Source of the DNA: Selaginella moellendorffii
Lineage: Eukaryota > Plantae > Lycopodiophyta
Length of the DNA: 64,000 nt
Assembly (NCBI RefSeq): GCF_000143415.4
Contig: NW_003314323.1
Span: 1,097,767 to 1,161,766, forward strand
Reading direction: 5' to 3'
Part shown: positions 24,501 through 37,802 of the stretch, in pieces
Position numbering within the stretch: position 1 is the first letter of the stretch
Layout: the number at the start of each line of letters is the position of its first letter
Translations under genes and position numbers: made by a program
Notes under the pieces: model-generated
What the model was told of the DNA's origin: nothing
The model's database searches: none
Seen by the model: only the letters and a program-made list of their open reading frames with translations

Positions 24501-27400
24501 TAGTTTACACAAGGCTTGTAATGACAAACATAGGTGGTGACCATAAGGTTTCTAATGGTTAAGACTATCCTCCTTTGCTCAAGGTGCCCTTGCTGATAGA
24601 TTTCCCAGATGATCCCCTCTTTGTCCTATGGCCTAGGAATCTCTTCTTTTCCTCAAGTCTACAGAACAGATGTTGAGTTTGTTGATCCCACTAGTACTTA
24701 GTTGACTTCCTTTTTATCCTTCTTCATTCCACCTCTATAATTTCAATCACAAAGCAATCATCTCAGAGATAATTGAGAGTAAGTAGATCCTCCTAAATAT
24801 CTACCACTGGCATACCTTTGTAGTATCTGCATTTTCCATACTTTATCATGCATGCCCAATGGCCCATACGTCTATAATATTTATAGAGGCATGTATGTTT
24901 TGACTTAATGCATTCATTTGGCTGCTTTGGAGGTTGTTGATGTTCTAGCATTGCTGGTGGCATTGTTGATCCTTCAAAAGGAGAAAATGCCCATAAAGAC
25001 AACTTTAGTGATCTGTGTTCATTGAGGTCCTATATGCATTAGCTTTCATTGCCTATTCATCCTCTATGTCATATACCATGACATACTCTAGTCACTTTAT
25101 TAAAGAGTTAGTGTCTGATACCACCCTTTGTGGTGTTGGATTCACCTTTGCTATTGAACCATACTTACTAACTCTTCCATTGGTACTCTACCTTTTAAGA
25201 AGTTTCCTCTATAAAATATTGTTGAAATGCAAAAGATTGGATCTACCACATCCTTGACCCCCTTTTGGATCAAATTCTCATTTGTATCCATATCAAAGCT
25301 TAGTGCATTTGCTGTGATGAATGCTGTCAGCGAAGGGGCATAGATTGGTTGTGTAGTCATGCAATGTGCCACCACCTGTACATATGGATTCTATAGAATT
25401 ATAAATGGTCCTATTCTTGTGGTTAGAATCCTTGTAAGTGCATCTATATTCGAATGATGTACTCCCTTTCGATAAGAGATATGGAAGGAGTATTGGTGTA
25501 ACTTCATAGCCCATCATGCCAACTGCCTATTGACTTCATGGTTGTTTAGCAACCACTTCAATGCCAAATCATCTATCTCAATTGTAAAATAATGTTTATA
25601 GAGGTAATGGCAAAATTTCTTGTAGATTGCCCAAACTATTGCAAATTAATCCCCTTCAGTGGGAGCATATTTTTCATAATGAGGATTCAATTTCTTGCTT
25701 GCATAGTGTAAAACATGCTTTGTTGGAGCCTCCTAGATTGAAAATTCTTAAGATAGCTGATTTGAAAAAATCACAATAATAACTCTTGGCTACCAATTTG
25801 TTTGGACCACAAATAACAATGCTGAGTCAGGCACACCAAGCACTAGAACCTCAACTTTAGATCTTCAAAGGCAATATCACAAGGTTGTCCCTTTTTCAAA
25901 AATGTTACCAATGGTTTTGTCACTGTAGCAAAGTAAGGTATCCATCTTTTGTAATATTTGACTATTTGGATGAAACTCTTTAATGTTGTTAAGTTGAGAG
26001 GCCTTTGAATCTTTGAAATAGCCTTCATCTTCTTGGGATTCAACATTATCCTCTTGCTAGTGACTTAGTACCCTAGGTTACTCTATTTCACTAGTGAAGA
26101 ACAAACAATTCTTCATCTTGGATTTTAGTTTTTTGGCCTTGAGTGCTTGCAACACAAGATCCACATACTGTATGTGCTTCATAGTATTTGGATATTGTAG
26201 AAGTATATAAAAAGCATCCAAAGGAACTAAAAGAGACCCCTTTGCATGACAAATGCGGTCTTCTCCTGATTGTCTATGTGAGACCAACCTACTAGTAGGC
26301 TGTGCAAAGATCAATGATGGAGAAGACTCATGACTACCCCACTCGATCCAGCATTGTGTCAATCTGAGGCATAGGATACACATCTTTTGTCATTACATCG
26401 TTTAATGGCTTGTAACTTATACATATTGGGAGACTTCCATCCTACTTAGGTGCAAGCACTATAGGAAACACTATGGATGTAGCATAGAGTCTAGACTATT
26501 GTTGATCATTTTAGTCTCCACCTCAAAGTATCAATATGCCTATTTCTTTATTGGAGCAATATCTATAATCTTGTTCCAATGCTTGACCAATGGAGTAACA
26601 TTCAACTCCCATCCTATCTACTGGAATACTAACTTATGTCGAGAAATCATTTCTTGTGTGCTTTCCATCAAATTGATATCTGCTAGAGTTAGATCCCTAA
26701 ATTTCACATTCACTGGGAATCTTAGCATCTTATCCTCTTCAATGGTCGACTTGGCACCTTTCTCAAAGATTGCCTACTTCTTTTTAGCTATCTATGTCAT
26801 GCCCTTGGGCCTTTGACATCCTCACTGTTGGAACATTTAGGTTGACTCAATGGTGGAGACTACAATCTTTATTCCCAACAGTCATATTGTCCACCTTCTT
26901 AACCAAATTTCAAAGGACCCTTACAATTCCATCCACTTTCACTTGGAGGAAATTTCTATTGTGGCATTGTTAAGTTACTTTATTCTCAACCTCCTCTATC
27001 AAATGCTGACTAGAATCCATGCCCTGTTCCTTTGTAAGGCTTTCTAACCCTATGGAAGGAGGCAGAATCATCACATGATGGCTCCTCTTGATTCATTGCA
27101 AATCCCCAATTCTAGAATTCCTCCTCATCAAAAAATCTAACACTACAACCACCTTTTACAATTGTTTGAGCTTCTTGGTAGCTCTTGGAAACCTAAGGAG
27201 TCCCTAGCATTTCCTAAAGACCTCCTAGCAGCCCAGCTCTTCGCATGGTTGTTACTATTGACGCCATTGCAACTCCTTTTGCTAGTACATTGGAAGCTAG
27301 ATAGATTCTTCTTGCAACCTCTTTTTTGGTTTATTTTTCCTCAATGTCTACCTAGGTTCATTGTTTAGGTTTCTTCCAAGAATTGTCTTCTGGCCATCCA
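21540..27400 (-). pseudogene. Highly decayed Ty3/gypsy element D (gag/PR, RT, RNase H, integrase remnants and 3' region)
   Basis: LKSFIQIVKYYKRWIPYFATVTKPL (RT thumb, 25843-26046); HYASKKL..YAPTEG..AIVWAI and WAMKL..Y.F.ISYRKG...NIDALTR (RNase H, ~25430-25710); integrase-like remnants 23900-24600. Confidence 0.75.
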
Positions 27401-27559
27401 AGAGTTGAGCTCCCTCTCACTATGCAATAGGATACTATTTTCTAAGAATCTCGGAGATCCTTTTGCTATTCCTAGAAAAGATAATAAATCTCTATAACTA
27501 GTTATTCCCTACATGACAAAATGTCAGAATACATAATATTTTATTACTCTTTATACCAA

Positions 27560-28790
27560 GGAGGGGGAATCATCAAACTCACCCTACTTGGCCCATATCA
27601 CTGGTGGATATTTTGCCATGTGGCCAACTATGTTGCGAGCTTTTTCAAGAATGCAAAAGCAGAAAGTCAGCAATTCCCAATGAGCCCCTTAGACACACAT
27701 GCAATTCCCAACCACTAGTCTCCTCACAACAAGATTCAAGAAACCCTACTCACTAAAAATATTTCTTAGCCAAGCAAAGGTGGAACTTTATTCCTAGCTT
27801 GCAAGATCTAATTGAGTTTGCAGCTATCCTCTAACCACTTCAATCCAACAGAGTCTCTACTATAATTGAGGCTAGGAAGCACTATACCACACAGACTCCA
27901 CAACACTACTCCTAGGCAAGAATCTAGTGAGCTATAACAGAAACAAACAAGGATTACTTAACAAAATTTCTCAAGGACACCTTGTTAGCAATGGTGACTA
28001 TGAACTACAATTAAAGCTCTACAAAAAAATTCTAAAGCTTATAAAAATTAAGTGCAATCTTGTTAGCATTCACAATCTCCTCACTACTCACTAAAATTAC
28101 TCTAGAAACACTTTTAAATGCTTTAAACACTGTTAATCACATTAAAAAAGGGGTGAGGCCCACTATTGTCATCTTCCTTTTTATATTTAGCTCTTTCACT
28201 GATTTTTTTCAGATCCCTGTTGTTCTCTAGTGTAGATTTTCCTCCCACAACTCCTAGGTAATATTTACGCATCTCAATATCACACTCTAGACATGACATT
28301 AATCATACATGATTTCGATTATTTCCATAGTTTGGGCAACACTTTTTAGCCTTGGTTTTGATAAAGACTCTATTACATCAAAGTGGCTAAACGATAGCTA
28401 CAAACCCATTTGAATTTTGTAAGTTATAAATAAAACACCACATTTTCTTAGGTGAGAAAAGTTTCTATTGAGTAGGGTTTCCTCAATCTTATTGTAACAA
28501 GGCTAGCAGTTGGGAATTGAATGTACAACTTATTTAGGAGTATTTTGTTATGTATTTAATTCCAAATGCTTGTGGAATTTAAAATGCCCAAGGCAAGACA
28601 AAGTGCTTGTGCCACCAAGAAAGCAGGAACAATTAAATTCACCTTTTATTAAATTCTTAAATCTTTGTTTAGAACTTTAGTACTTCTATTAATTTCATGC
28701 TTTTGTGTTCTCACCATGTAGCTAGGTATGTAGCAAAATATTCACTAATGATATAGGCTAATCATATATAAAGGAGGAATAAATTATACT
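27560..28790. mobile_element. Fold-back / MULE-like non-autonomous element with long imperfect terminal inverted repeats
   Basis: 27700-27780 (caattcccaac...caacaagattcaagaaaccctactca) is the reverse complement of 28445-28525; related copies at ~32570-33130 and ~38510-39580. Confidence 0.55.
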
Positions 28791-28829
28791 TTGAAGCACT
28801 ACACATCAATATTGCTATCATAGATTTAT

Positions 28830-31800
28830 CTATAGTGAGCCTAAATGAAATTGTTAGAAATAGCCTTCTCAAGAATCCACTCTCCAAGTTAACCCACTTG
28901 TTTGTACTATTGACAATAATGATTTTATAGAGAATAATCTACTCATTTTTGTGTTAGATAATAAATAACTATAGAAAAGAGCTATTTAACTCTTATCTCT
29001 CATTGCAAAGCCATAACCTTAAATGTTTGGTTAAGGAGAAAATGCATACAAAAAAGTGTTGTCAACAAAAGAAGAGAAGAACATTTAGAGTTATTAAAGG
29101 GAAATAAAATTATTTGTTATATCTATATTTACCAGCACTAAGATATAGTTTGACTTGGATGTTTTCTCACCTATTCATTAGTTTACATTATATCATTATA
29201 TCAAAGATTCAATCTTTCTTAGGGTTTTAAAAGGGATTAATGGGTAAGGATTTACATTGTCTTGGCCTTAGCAAGTAGCAGTAACATGTATGACTAAAGT
29301 AATAATAGCAACAATGGCAACAAAAGCTCCAAAAAGTAGGAGTGTGTGAGTAATGGCAATAACAACACCAGTTCTAGGAAGGGGAAGAGGTTGAGAAAAA
29401 AGCTAGGGCTTGGGGAGAGGCCAGATAGGCCTTTAGTGCCAAATAATGGAGGTAGAGACAGGGCTAGTAGGACTAAAGGAGGCAATGTAGCCATCCTAGG
29501 TAAGTGAGTTTGAGATAACACTAGTGAAACTTAAGGAGGCAAGACATCCTCAACACTAGTACTAAGGGAATGGATTAGTAGGATAGGAGGAGGTGAGGTA
29601 ACACCAACACCAAGGGGATAGTTTAGTGGGGAAGCAAGATATCCTTAACACCACCAAAAAATGAGGTAAGCGAGGGATGCAAGACTTCTTTGAAAACACT
29701 AAGTGAAGGGAAAGTGGCTTTATTTGTAAAGCTTTTTTGGATGTTTATATGGATTGTATCATTTTTGCAGCACTAAGCAACAAGGCAAACCCTCCCCAAC
29801 AACACCAAATAGGGAAAATGGGGAAAGCCTTTTATCAACACCAAATAAAGAAAATGGGGTACCCCTTTGTAGCATAAGTAGAAATTATAAATAGTTTAGC
29901 ATTTGATAAAGTTATTGTGGTTGATATAACATTTTTTGTGACTATACCTCCTATATTAGACATTCTTAGAAACAAGTAAACAAAAGATCAGTTAGTAAGT
30001 TGGTTGAATTCTGATTTAATTTATTCACTTTCTTACTATTTATGACTTACATTCTTTTGTAGGTTATTAAATTGTGATAAACTAAATGAATGAACTACAA
30101 TATAGTTTGACCTACATTTTCTCTCACCTATTTATTGGTTTACACCATATCATTATATCAAAGATTCAATCTTTCCTGGGTTTTAGAAGGGAATAATGGC
30201 TAAAGGATTCTCATCCTCAACAAGTAGCAATAACATATATAGCTAAATTAGTAACAATAGTTCCAAGAAGTAGGCGTGTGCAAGTAGTGGCACTAGCTCT
30301 AAGAAGGGGAAGAGGCCGAAGAAGAGGCTAGTAAGCCCTTAGCACTAAGTAGGGGAGGTAGAGACAAGGCTAGTGGGACCAAAGGAGGCAACATAAACAT
30401 GTTAGGTAGGTGAGTTGGAGACAATACCAATGGGACTTAAGGAGGTAAGACATCCTTAACACTAGTACTAAGAAAATGGATTAATAGGACAAGAGGAGGT
30501 GAAAAAACACCAACACCAAGGGGGGAGGTGGGGTATTCTCAACACCACCAAGAGAAGTGGTAGGCAAAAGAGGCAAGACCTCCTTGAAAAGGAAGAAATG
30601 AGGAGGAAGTACGGACGAAGTGGGGCTTGTCGGGGAGGAGGCCCTATATTCATTTATAGTGAGAGTTTAAATGAAATAGTTGGAAATGGCTATATCAAGA
30701 ATCCACTTTCCAAGCTAACCCACTTGTTTATGTTTTTGACAATGTTAATTCTCCCAAAAAGCAATCTACTCAATTTTGTGTTGGATCCCAAGTAATTATA
30801 GAAAAGAGCTAACAAACTCTTATCTCTCATTGTGAAGCCATAGATTTAAATGTTTAGCTGAAGAGAAAATATGTATAAAAAAATATTACTAACACAAGAA
30901 GAGAACACTCAAAACTACTAGAGGGAAATAGAGTTATTTGTTATTCCTATAATCTAATAGCACCAGGATAGTTTGACTTGGATGTTCTTGCATATTCATT
31001 AGTTTATATTGTAGCACTATTTTAAAGATTTAATTTTCATAGGGCTTAATAGTTGAGGGATCTACATTGTCTCATCCTCAACAAGCTATAATAGCATGTG
31101 TGACTGAAAGAGTAATAGTAGCAATAGGAGTAGCAATAAAAACTTTAAGAAGTAAACATATGCAAGTAGTGGCAACAATAATAACACCAACTCTAGGAAG
31201 GGAAAGATGCTAGAAAAGAGGCTAGGGCTAGGGAAGAGGCCAAACAGGCCCTTAGTGCTAGGTAGGGGAGGTAGAAACAGGGCCAGCGGGACTAAAGGAG
31301 GCAAGGTAGTAATGCTAAGTAAAGGAGGTAGAGACGAGGCTAATAAAACTTGAGGAAGTGAGGTAACAACACCAAAATAAGAAGATGGTGGAGGAGGCAA
31401 AACATTTTTAACACCAGTGTTAGGGAAAGAGGCCAACAAAACTAAAGGAGGTAAGGTAACACCAATACCAGGGGGAAGGTCTAATGGGGGAGGTAAGACA
31501 TACTTGACACCACCAAAAAAAAAGGTAGGTAAGGGAGGTAAGATCTTTTTAACAGGGCTTACCAAGGATGAAGGCTTTGTTTATGAAGCCTTTTTGGATG
31601 TTTGTGTGTTTTATTGTGCTATTGTTGGAATACCAAGCAATAGGGCAAGCCCCTCTCAACAGCACTAAATAGAGGAAATGGAAAAAGTCTTTTTTCAACA
31701 CCAAATAGAGGAAATAGGGAAAGTCCTTTTATAGCATAAGTAGAAGCCATAAATGGTTTAGCACTTGGTAAAGCTACTGTGGTTAATATAATATCTTTTA

Positions 31801-34800
31801 TGACTATACTTCCTCATAAAGACAGTACAAACTAGTGAAGGGGTTAGAGTTGACTTCGGTTAGCTTAAATCCTGGTAGGTAGGCTCACTATGGCAGTTCA
31901 CTTGTGCTTCTTGTTTAGTTAACCAGCCAGCCTTTGAGCTTGGAGCTTGGCAAGACAGGATCTAATATATTAAACATTTTTAAAAACAAGTAAGCAGAGG
32001 ATCAGTTGGCAGATTGGTTGAATTCTAATTTATTTTACTCACTTTCTTACTATTTATGACTTACATTCTTTTGTAGGCTGTTAAATTGCAATAAACTAAG
32101 TGAATACGCATCACTTCTTTTGTAGAACTATAGGAACAATGACAATGATCTCAAACACTGATCTCGTGACAACTCTCTATGCTCTTGTGGGCTATACCAA
32201 TAACCACTGTGGGTAGCTTACTTTTTATTTCTAAAGCCCATATGGTACTAGATCAAGTTAATCACTAAAACAGAGGAATTTAATATAGCATTCATGCAAA
32301 TTATGTTTAAAAAAGCTCATGGCTTTTATATACTTCCAATATGGTTTGAGCAACAATTTCATCTCACCAATGGAAACCTTAAGCTTCCTAAGGTTAGTTG
32401 ATGTGCATTTTTTGTTAGAAGATGATTTAAAATTAATTTATATAAATTGTTTCCTATTTATTAATATTCTCTATTTGTAGAAGAATGTGCCTTTTGGTTT
32501 TGTCTCAATATATTAAGACATTATGTCAATCTTCAAATATTTGCATGCAATAGTTAAACATGAGATCATTAGCATGTGCCACCTAGGAAGAAGAAATAGT
32601 CAAACCTGCTTTGATTGGTATATGTCACGAATGAATATTCCCCCACATGGCTAGTTGCATGATGAGGTTTTCCAAAAATGTAAAAGCACAAAATTTAGTA
32701 GGAGTATCAAAGTTGTAGATAGAGATCTGAAGACCCAATGAACCCCTCAATTAAACACATAGACAATTCCTAATTATTTGTCTTTTCACAACAAGATTCA
32801 AGAAACTTACTCACAAGAAATATTTTCCCAACCAAGAAGGTGGCATATATTCCCATGATTCAATTGGATTTGCAATTTTCCTTTAGCTGCTTTGATCCAA
32901 TAGAGTCTTTATCAAAACCTAGTCTCTATAAAGAGATTAACAATTGAGAATTAAATATGCATTTGACTTAGGGGCCTATTAGGTCTTCATATTTCTATCT
33001 AAAACTCTAATATTATTGTTGACTTTATGCTTTTGCATTCTTGAAGGCTATTATTGTGTATCTGGCCATATGATAAAATATCCATTGATGACGTGAGCCA
33101 ATCAAGGTGAATTTAATTATTCCCCCTTTCTTGACAACCCAAGCACTTTATCTTGCCTTGGCCATTTTAAATAAATTCCACAAGCACTTGAAATTAGATA
33201 CACAATAAAACATATATATAAAAGGAATATACCTTGAAATGCTGCACATCACTGTTGCATTCATAGGTTCGTCCATAGTGAGACTAAATGAAATGGTTAG
33301 AAATGGCCTTCTCAAAAATCCACTCTCCAAACTAACCCACTTGTTTGTGCTTATAGAGTAATCTACTCATTTTCGTATTAGATCCCAAGTAATCATAGAA
33401 AAGAGCTATAAAACTCTTGTCTCTCATTGCAAAGCCATAACATTAGATAGAAAATACATACAAGAAACTGTTGCCAATACAAAAGAAAAACGCTCAGAGT
33501 TACCAAAGGGAAATAGAGTTATTTGTTATTCTTATAATCTACTAGTACTAGGATATAGTTTGACTTAGATGTTTTCTCATCTATTTGTTAGTTTACACTA
33601 TATCATTATATTAAAGATTCAATCTTTCCTGTGGTTTTAAAAGGGATTAATGGCTAAGGGATCTACATTATCTTGTCCTTAACAAGTAGCAATAGCATGT
33701 ATGACTAAAATAGTAGCAGCAATAACAGTAGCAAAAGCTCCAATAAATAGACATGTGCAAGTAGTGGCAACAACAACAACACTAATTCCAAAAAGGGAAA
33801 GAGTCTAAAGCTAAGAAAGAGGTTGGGCAAGCCCTCATTACTAAGTAGGGGAGGTAAAGGCAAGATTGGTGGGACTACAGGAGGCAACATAGCCATGCTA
33901 GATAAATGAGTTGGAGATAACATTAGTGGGACTTGAGAAGGCTAGTGCTAAAGGGAGGGGTTGGTGGGGGAGGTAAGACATCCTCAACATTAGTACTAAA
34001 GGACTAGACTAGCAAGACAAAAGGAAGTGAGGCAGCACCAACACCAAGGGGAGGATCTAGTGGGGAGGTGGGATATCCTTAACACTACCATGAGAAGTGG
34101 TAGGTAGGGGAGGCAAGACTTCTTTGAAAACATTAAGTGAGGAGGAAGTGGTGTTCATTGAGGAAAAGGCATTATGTTCGTCTATAGTGAGAGCCTAAAT
34201 GAAATAGTAAAAGATAGCTTTATTGAGAATCCACTTTCCAAGCCAACCCACTTATTTGTACTTTTGATAATGTTAATTCTCCTAAAGAGCAATCTACTCA
34301 TTTTTATGTTAAATTCCAAGTAACTATAAAAAAGAATTAACAAACTCTTATCTCTCACTGTGAAGCCATAGATTTAAATGTTTAGCCAAAGAGAAAATAC
34401 GTATAAAAAAGTGTTGTTAACATAAGAAGAGATCACTTGGAATTACTAGAGGGAAATAGAATTATTTGCTATTCCTATAATTTAGTAGTGCTAGGATAGT
34501 TTTATGTAGATGTTCTTGTATATTTGTTAGTTTACATTATAGCACTATTTTAAAGATTCAAAATTTTATGGGGTTTTAAAAGGGCATAATGTTCAAGAGA
34601 TCTACATTGTTTCATCCTCAACAAGCAACAGTAACACGTATGGCTAAAGGAGTAATAGTAACAATAGCAACAAAAGCTCTAAGAAATAAGCATGTGCTAG
34701 TAGTGGCAGCAATAACACCAACTCTAGGAAGGGAAGGAGGTTAAAGAAGAGGCTGGGCTAAGAAAAAGGCCGAAAAGGCCCCTTAATGCCAAATAAGGGA

Positions 34801-35364
34801 GGTAAAGACAGAGTTGGTGGAATTAGAGAAGGCAAGGTAGCAGTGCCAAGTAGGGAAGGTAGAAACAAGGTTAATAGAACTTGAGGAGGTGAGGTAGCAA
34901 TGCCAAGGGTAGAAGCTAATAGGGAGGGCAAGACATCCTCAACACCAATGCTAAGGGAAGGTGTTGACAAGACTAGAGGAGGTGAGATAACAAGAACACC
35001 AGGGGGAGGGTCTGGTGGGGGAGGTAGGATATACACCAAAAGAAAGAGTAGGTAAGAGTCAAGACATTCTCGACAAACACCAAGCAAAGAGGAAGTAGAG
35101 CTTGCCAAGAAGGAGGGTTTTGTTTATGAAACTTCTTTGGATGCTTGTGTGTTTTATTATATTATTGTTGCAGTATCAAGCAATAGAGTAACCTTTCTCA
35201 ATAGCACCAAACATAGAAAATGGGAGAAGCCCTTTATTAACACTAAATAAGGGAAATGGAGGAAGCAATAGAACAACCTTTCTTAGTAGCACCAAACAAA
35301 GGAAATGGGAGAAGCCCTTTATCAATATTAAATAGGGGAAATGGGGGAAACCCCTCTATAACAC
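28830..35364. repeat. Degenerate tandem array of ~1-1.8 kb units with purine-rich blocks (antisense Pro/Leu-rich pseudo-ORFs)
   Basis: Anchor aatccactYtccaaRYtaacccacttRttt at ~28874, 30700, 33317 and 34228, each followed by homologous AT-rich and GGAGG-rich segments; continues after the solo LTR at 37808. Confidence 0.75.
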
Positions 35365-37802
35365 TGTAAGCAATTAATTTTTTCATTCTATTTTAGTCAC
35401 TTAACTATACTTCCGACCAATTGGAAGAGTCTCATTCACAACCTCCATAAGTCTAATTCCGGACTTGGGGCTTGCTCGCCCTGAGAAGGGCATCCATGCC
35501 CCTCAACCTTTGCACTTGGTCCAAGTGCTCCAAATGTCCGATCCCATAATCAACACCCCAAGGTACCACCAACATACATTATGCTAGGCTGTGCCCATTC
35601 ACCTTGGTCATATTGGTGGTCCACCACCTGCATTGCAATCCCGTCTCTCCAAGACTAAGCCATCTGTCCATGAGTGGTCATCCCAGATCCACTCCTTAGC
35701 ATCCTTAGGATGCCCGCAGACATGGGGAATAGCCTTCCCCAATATCTCCGTTCTGGTCCTCACCAATTCCTTTTCTGTCCATGGCCGTGCTCGCCAACAC
35801 TGCCATTGGATCAAGGCCCATTAGCCCGACCACTAAGTCCCATGGTCCTTTAGGACTTCCTCACCGTGTGACTGTGTCTTTGGTCACCACACTAGAGGAC
35901 CACTCCTCTTCCTTTCCATAGTCTGGGACTTTATGACAACATTTTGGAACACCGTGGCCATATGCAGCCTCGTGGGTACTCTCCCTGCCTTCCTGCCTTC
36001 CTGTAGCACATATGATCATGGGATGAGATTTGGATATACTGTCACCGTGGATCCTTAGAACTTTGGGGGATAAATGGGGATAAAATAGCCACTAAGGGCT
36101 CTCTCATCAAGCAATTGCCCCTTTTTCAGTTGGCTTAAGGGGAGAGAGATAAGGTGTGCTACAGTTGGTATCAGAGCAAATGGCACGGGTTCGATTCCCA
36201 TTGATTAGTGGCTACTTAAAAGTATAATATACCCTTGAGCAAGGTATATTCCTACCCCTAAATTTGAAATCGTACGTATTGGGCATCCATGCGTACGTCC
36301 TTCCTCTTGTGTGGAGTATCCACGGACGAAGGTATCCACCGTGGGACTGCGGTACGGGTGGATGACTAGTTGCCTCACATGGAATAGCTAGTCTACACAA
36401 TGGAAGGATTGGTAGATTGAGTGCGGAAATGGAGGTGTTGGTTCCCCTTGGCTCAGTAGGGGTTGCTAGTCAATAGTCAATGAGGACATTGACATCTCTG
36501 AAGGGGGGGTGAGTGTAGCGAATGTGATCATGGGATGAGATTTGGATATACTGTCACCGTGGATCCTTAGAACCTTGGGGGATAAATGGGGATAAAATAG
36601 CCACTAAGGGCTCTCTCATCAAGCAATTGCCCCTTTTCCAGTTGGCTTAAGAGGAGAGAGATAAAGTGCGCTACACTTCCCCCTTTGGGTGCTCTAGCCA
36701 TAGGCTTAGAGCAAAGTTCTGTTGAGCCATGCCTGGTATCCAAGTAGGTAGTGCCACCCACACTTGGACTAGGAGCATCAACCATTCGATCTCCCGGGGG
36801 AACTAGAGTCGGATCTTGAACACTTCACCAAACTACCCCGCTTGTCGGTCCGTATTCACTTTAGTCTTGGACTTCCCAGTGGTCAACTCATCACTCAACA
36901 CCTGGGTACAGCCTTCCTGGGCCAAACTGGCCTTTCTTGGGCCAAACTAGCCTTTCCTAGCTAAATTAGCTCCATTAGGCTCTAACTCTCACACTCTCCC
37001 TATTATACTTTGGAACCCCCTGCAGCAACCCCCCCCCCCCCTTGGGGGATGATCGTTTTGGGCTTTCACCCAACAGCCTGTATTAGTATTTCGACTCAGT
37101 CTCGGTCCCGGTTTCGGACTTGGACTCGGTCTCGGTTCCATCTCGGACTCCATCTCAGGTACATCTCAGACTCCATCTCGGACTCCATCTCGGGTCCATC
37201 TCGGGTCCATCTCGGACTCCATCTCGGGTCCATCTCGGATCCATCTCGGCTCCATCTCGGGTCTATCTTGGACTCCATCTCGGACTCCATCTCGGGTCCA
37301 TCTCGGGTCCATCTCGGACTCCATCTCGGGTCCATCTCGGGTCCATCTCGGACTCCATCTCGGGTCCATCTCGGGTCCATCTCGGCTCCATCTCGGCTCT
37401 ATCTTGGACTCCATCTCGGACTCCATCTTGGGTCCATCTCGGGTCCATCTCGGACTCCATCTCAGGTCCATCTTGGACTCCATCTCGGGTCCATTTCGGA
37501 TCCATCTTGGACTCCATCTCGGACTCCTTCTCGGGTCTATCTCGAGTCCATCGTGGACTCCATCTCGGACTCCATCTCAGGTCCATCTCGGGTCTATCTT
37601 GGGTCCCTTTTCTAGAGACTCACTTATCGTTCACTTCGTGCCTTTCCTTGAGCCCTTCGTTGGGAGTTCCACTCCCGCTTTTGACCTTTCAAGTCGGAGC
37701 TTTTGGTCCAAACATGTTACACTCATTTGGCTTTCGCTTCGGCCACTACCACGTGGCACCCTTCTGGCTCCACTTTGGGGCCTAGGGATTTTGTGTCTCA
37801 CA
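35365..37802 (-). mobile_element. Solo LTR of family A, containing a TRIM
   Basis: tgtaagc...tgtctcaca; perfect TSD AACAC at 35360-35364 and 37803-37807. Confidence 0.92.
36002..36675 (+). mobile_element. Complete TRIM (terminal-repeat retrotransposon in miniature), 674 bp
   Basis: 162-bp LTRs 36002-36163 and 36514-36675 (TGTAGC...GCTACA); PBS TGGTATCAGAGC at 36166; PPT GAAGGGGGGGTGAG; TSD CTTCC on both sides. Confidence 0.95.

Noticed and set aside
29294-35108. Pro/Leu-rich minus-strand ORFs resembling extensins or membrane proteins
   Set aside because: Frames and stops are not conserved among the tandem units; they arise from purine-rich low-complexity DNA.
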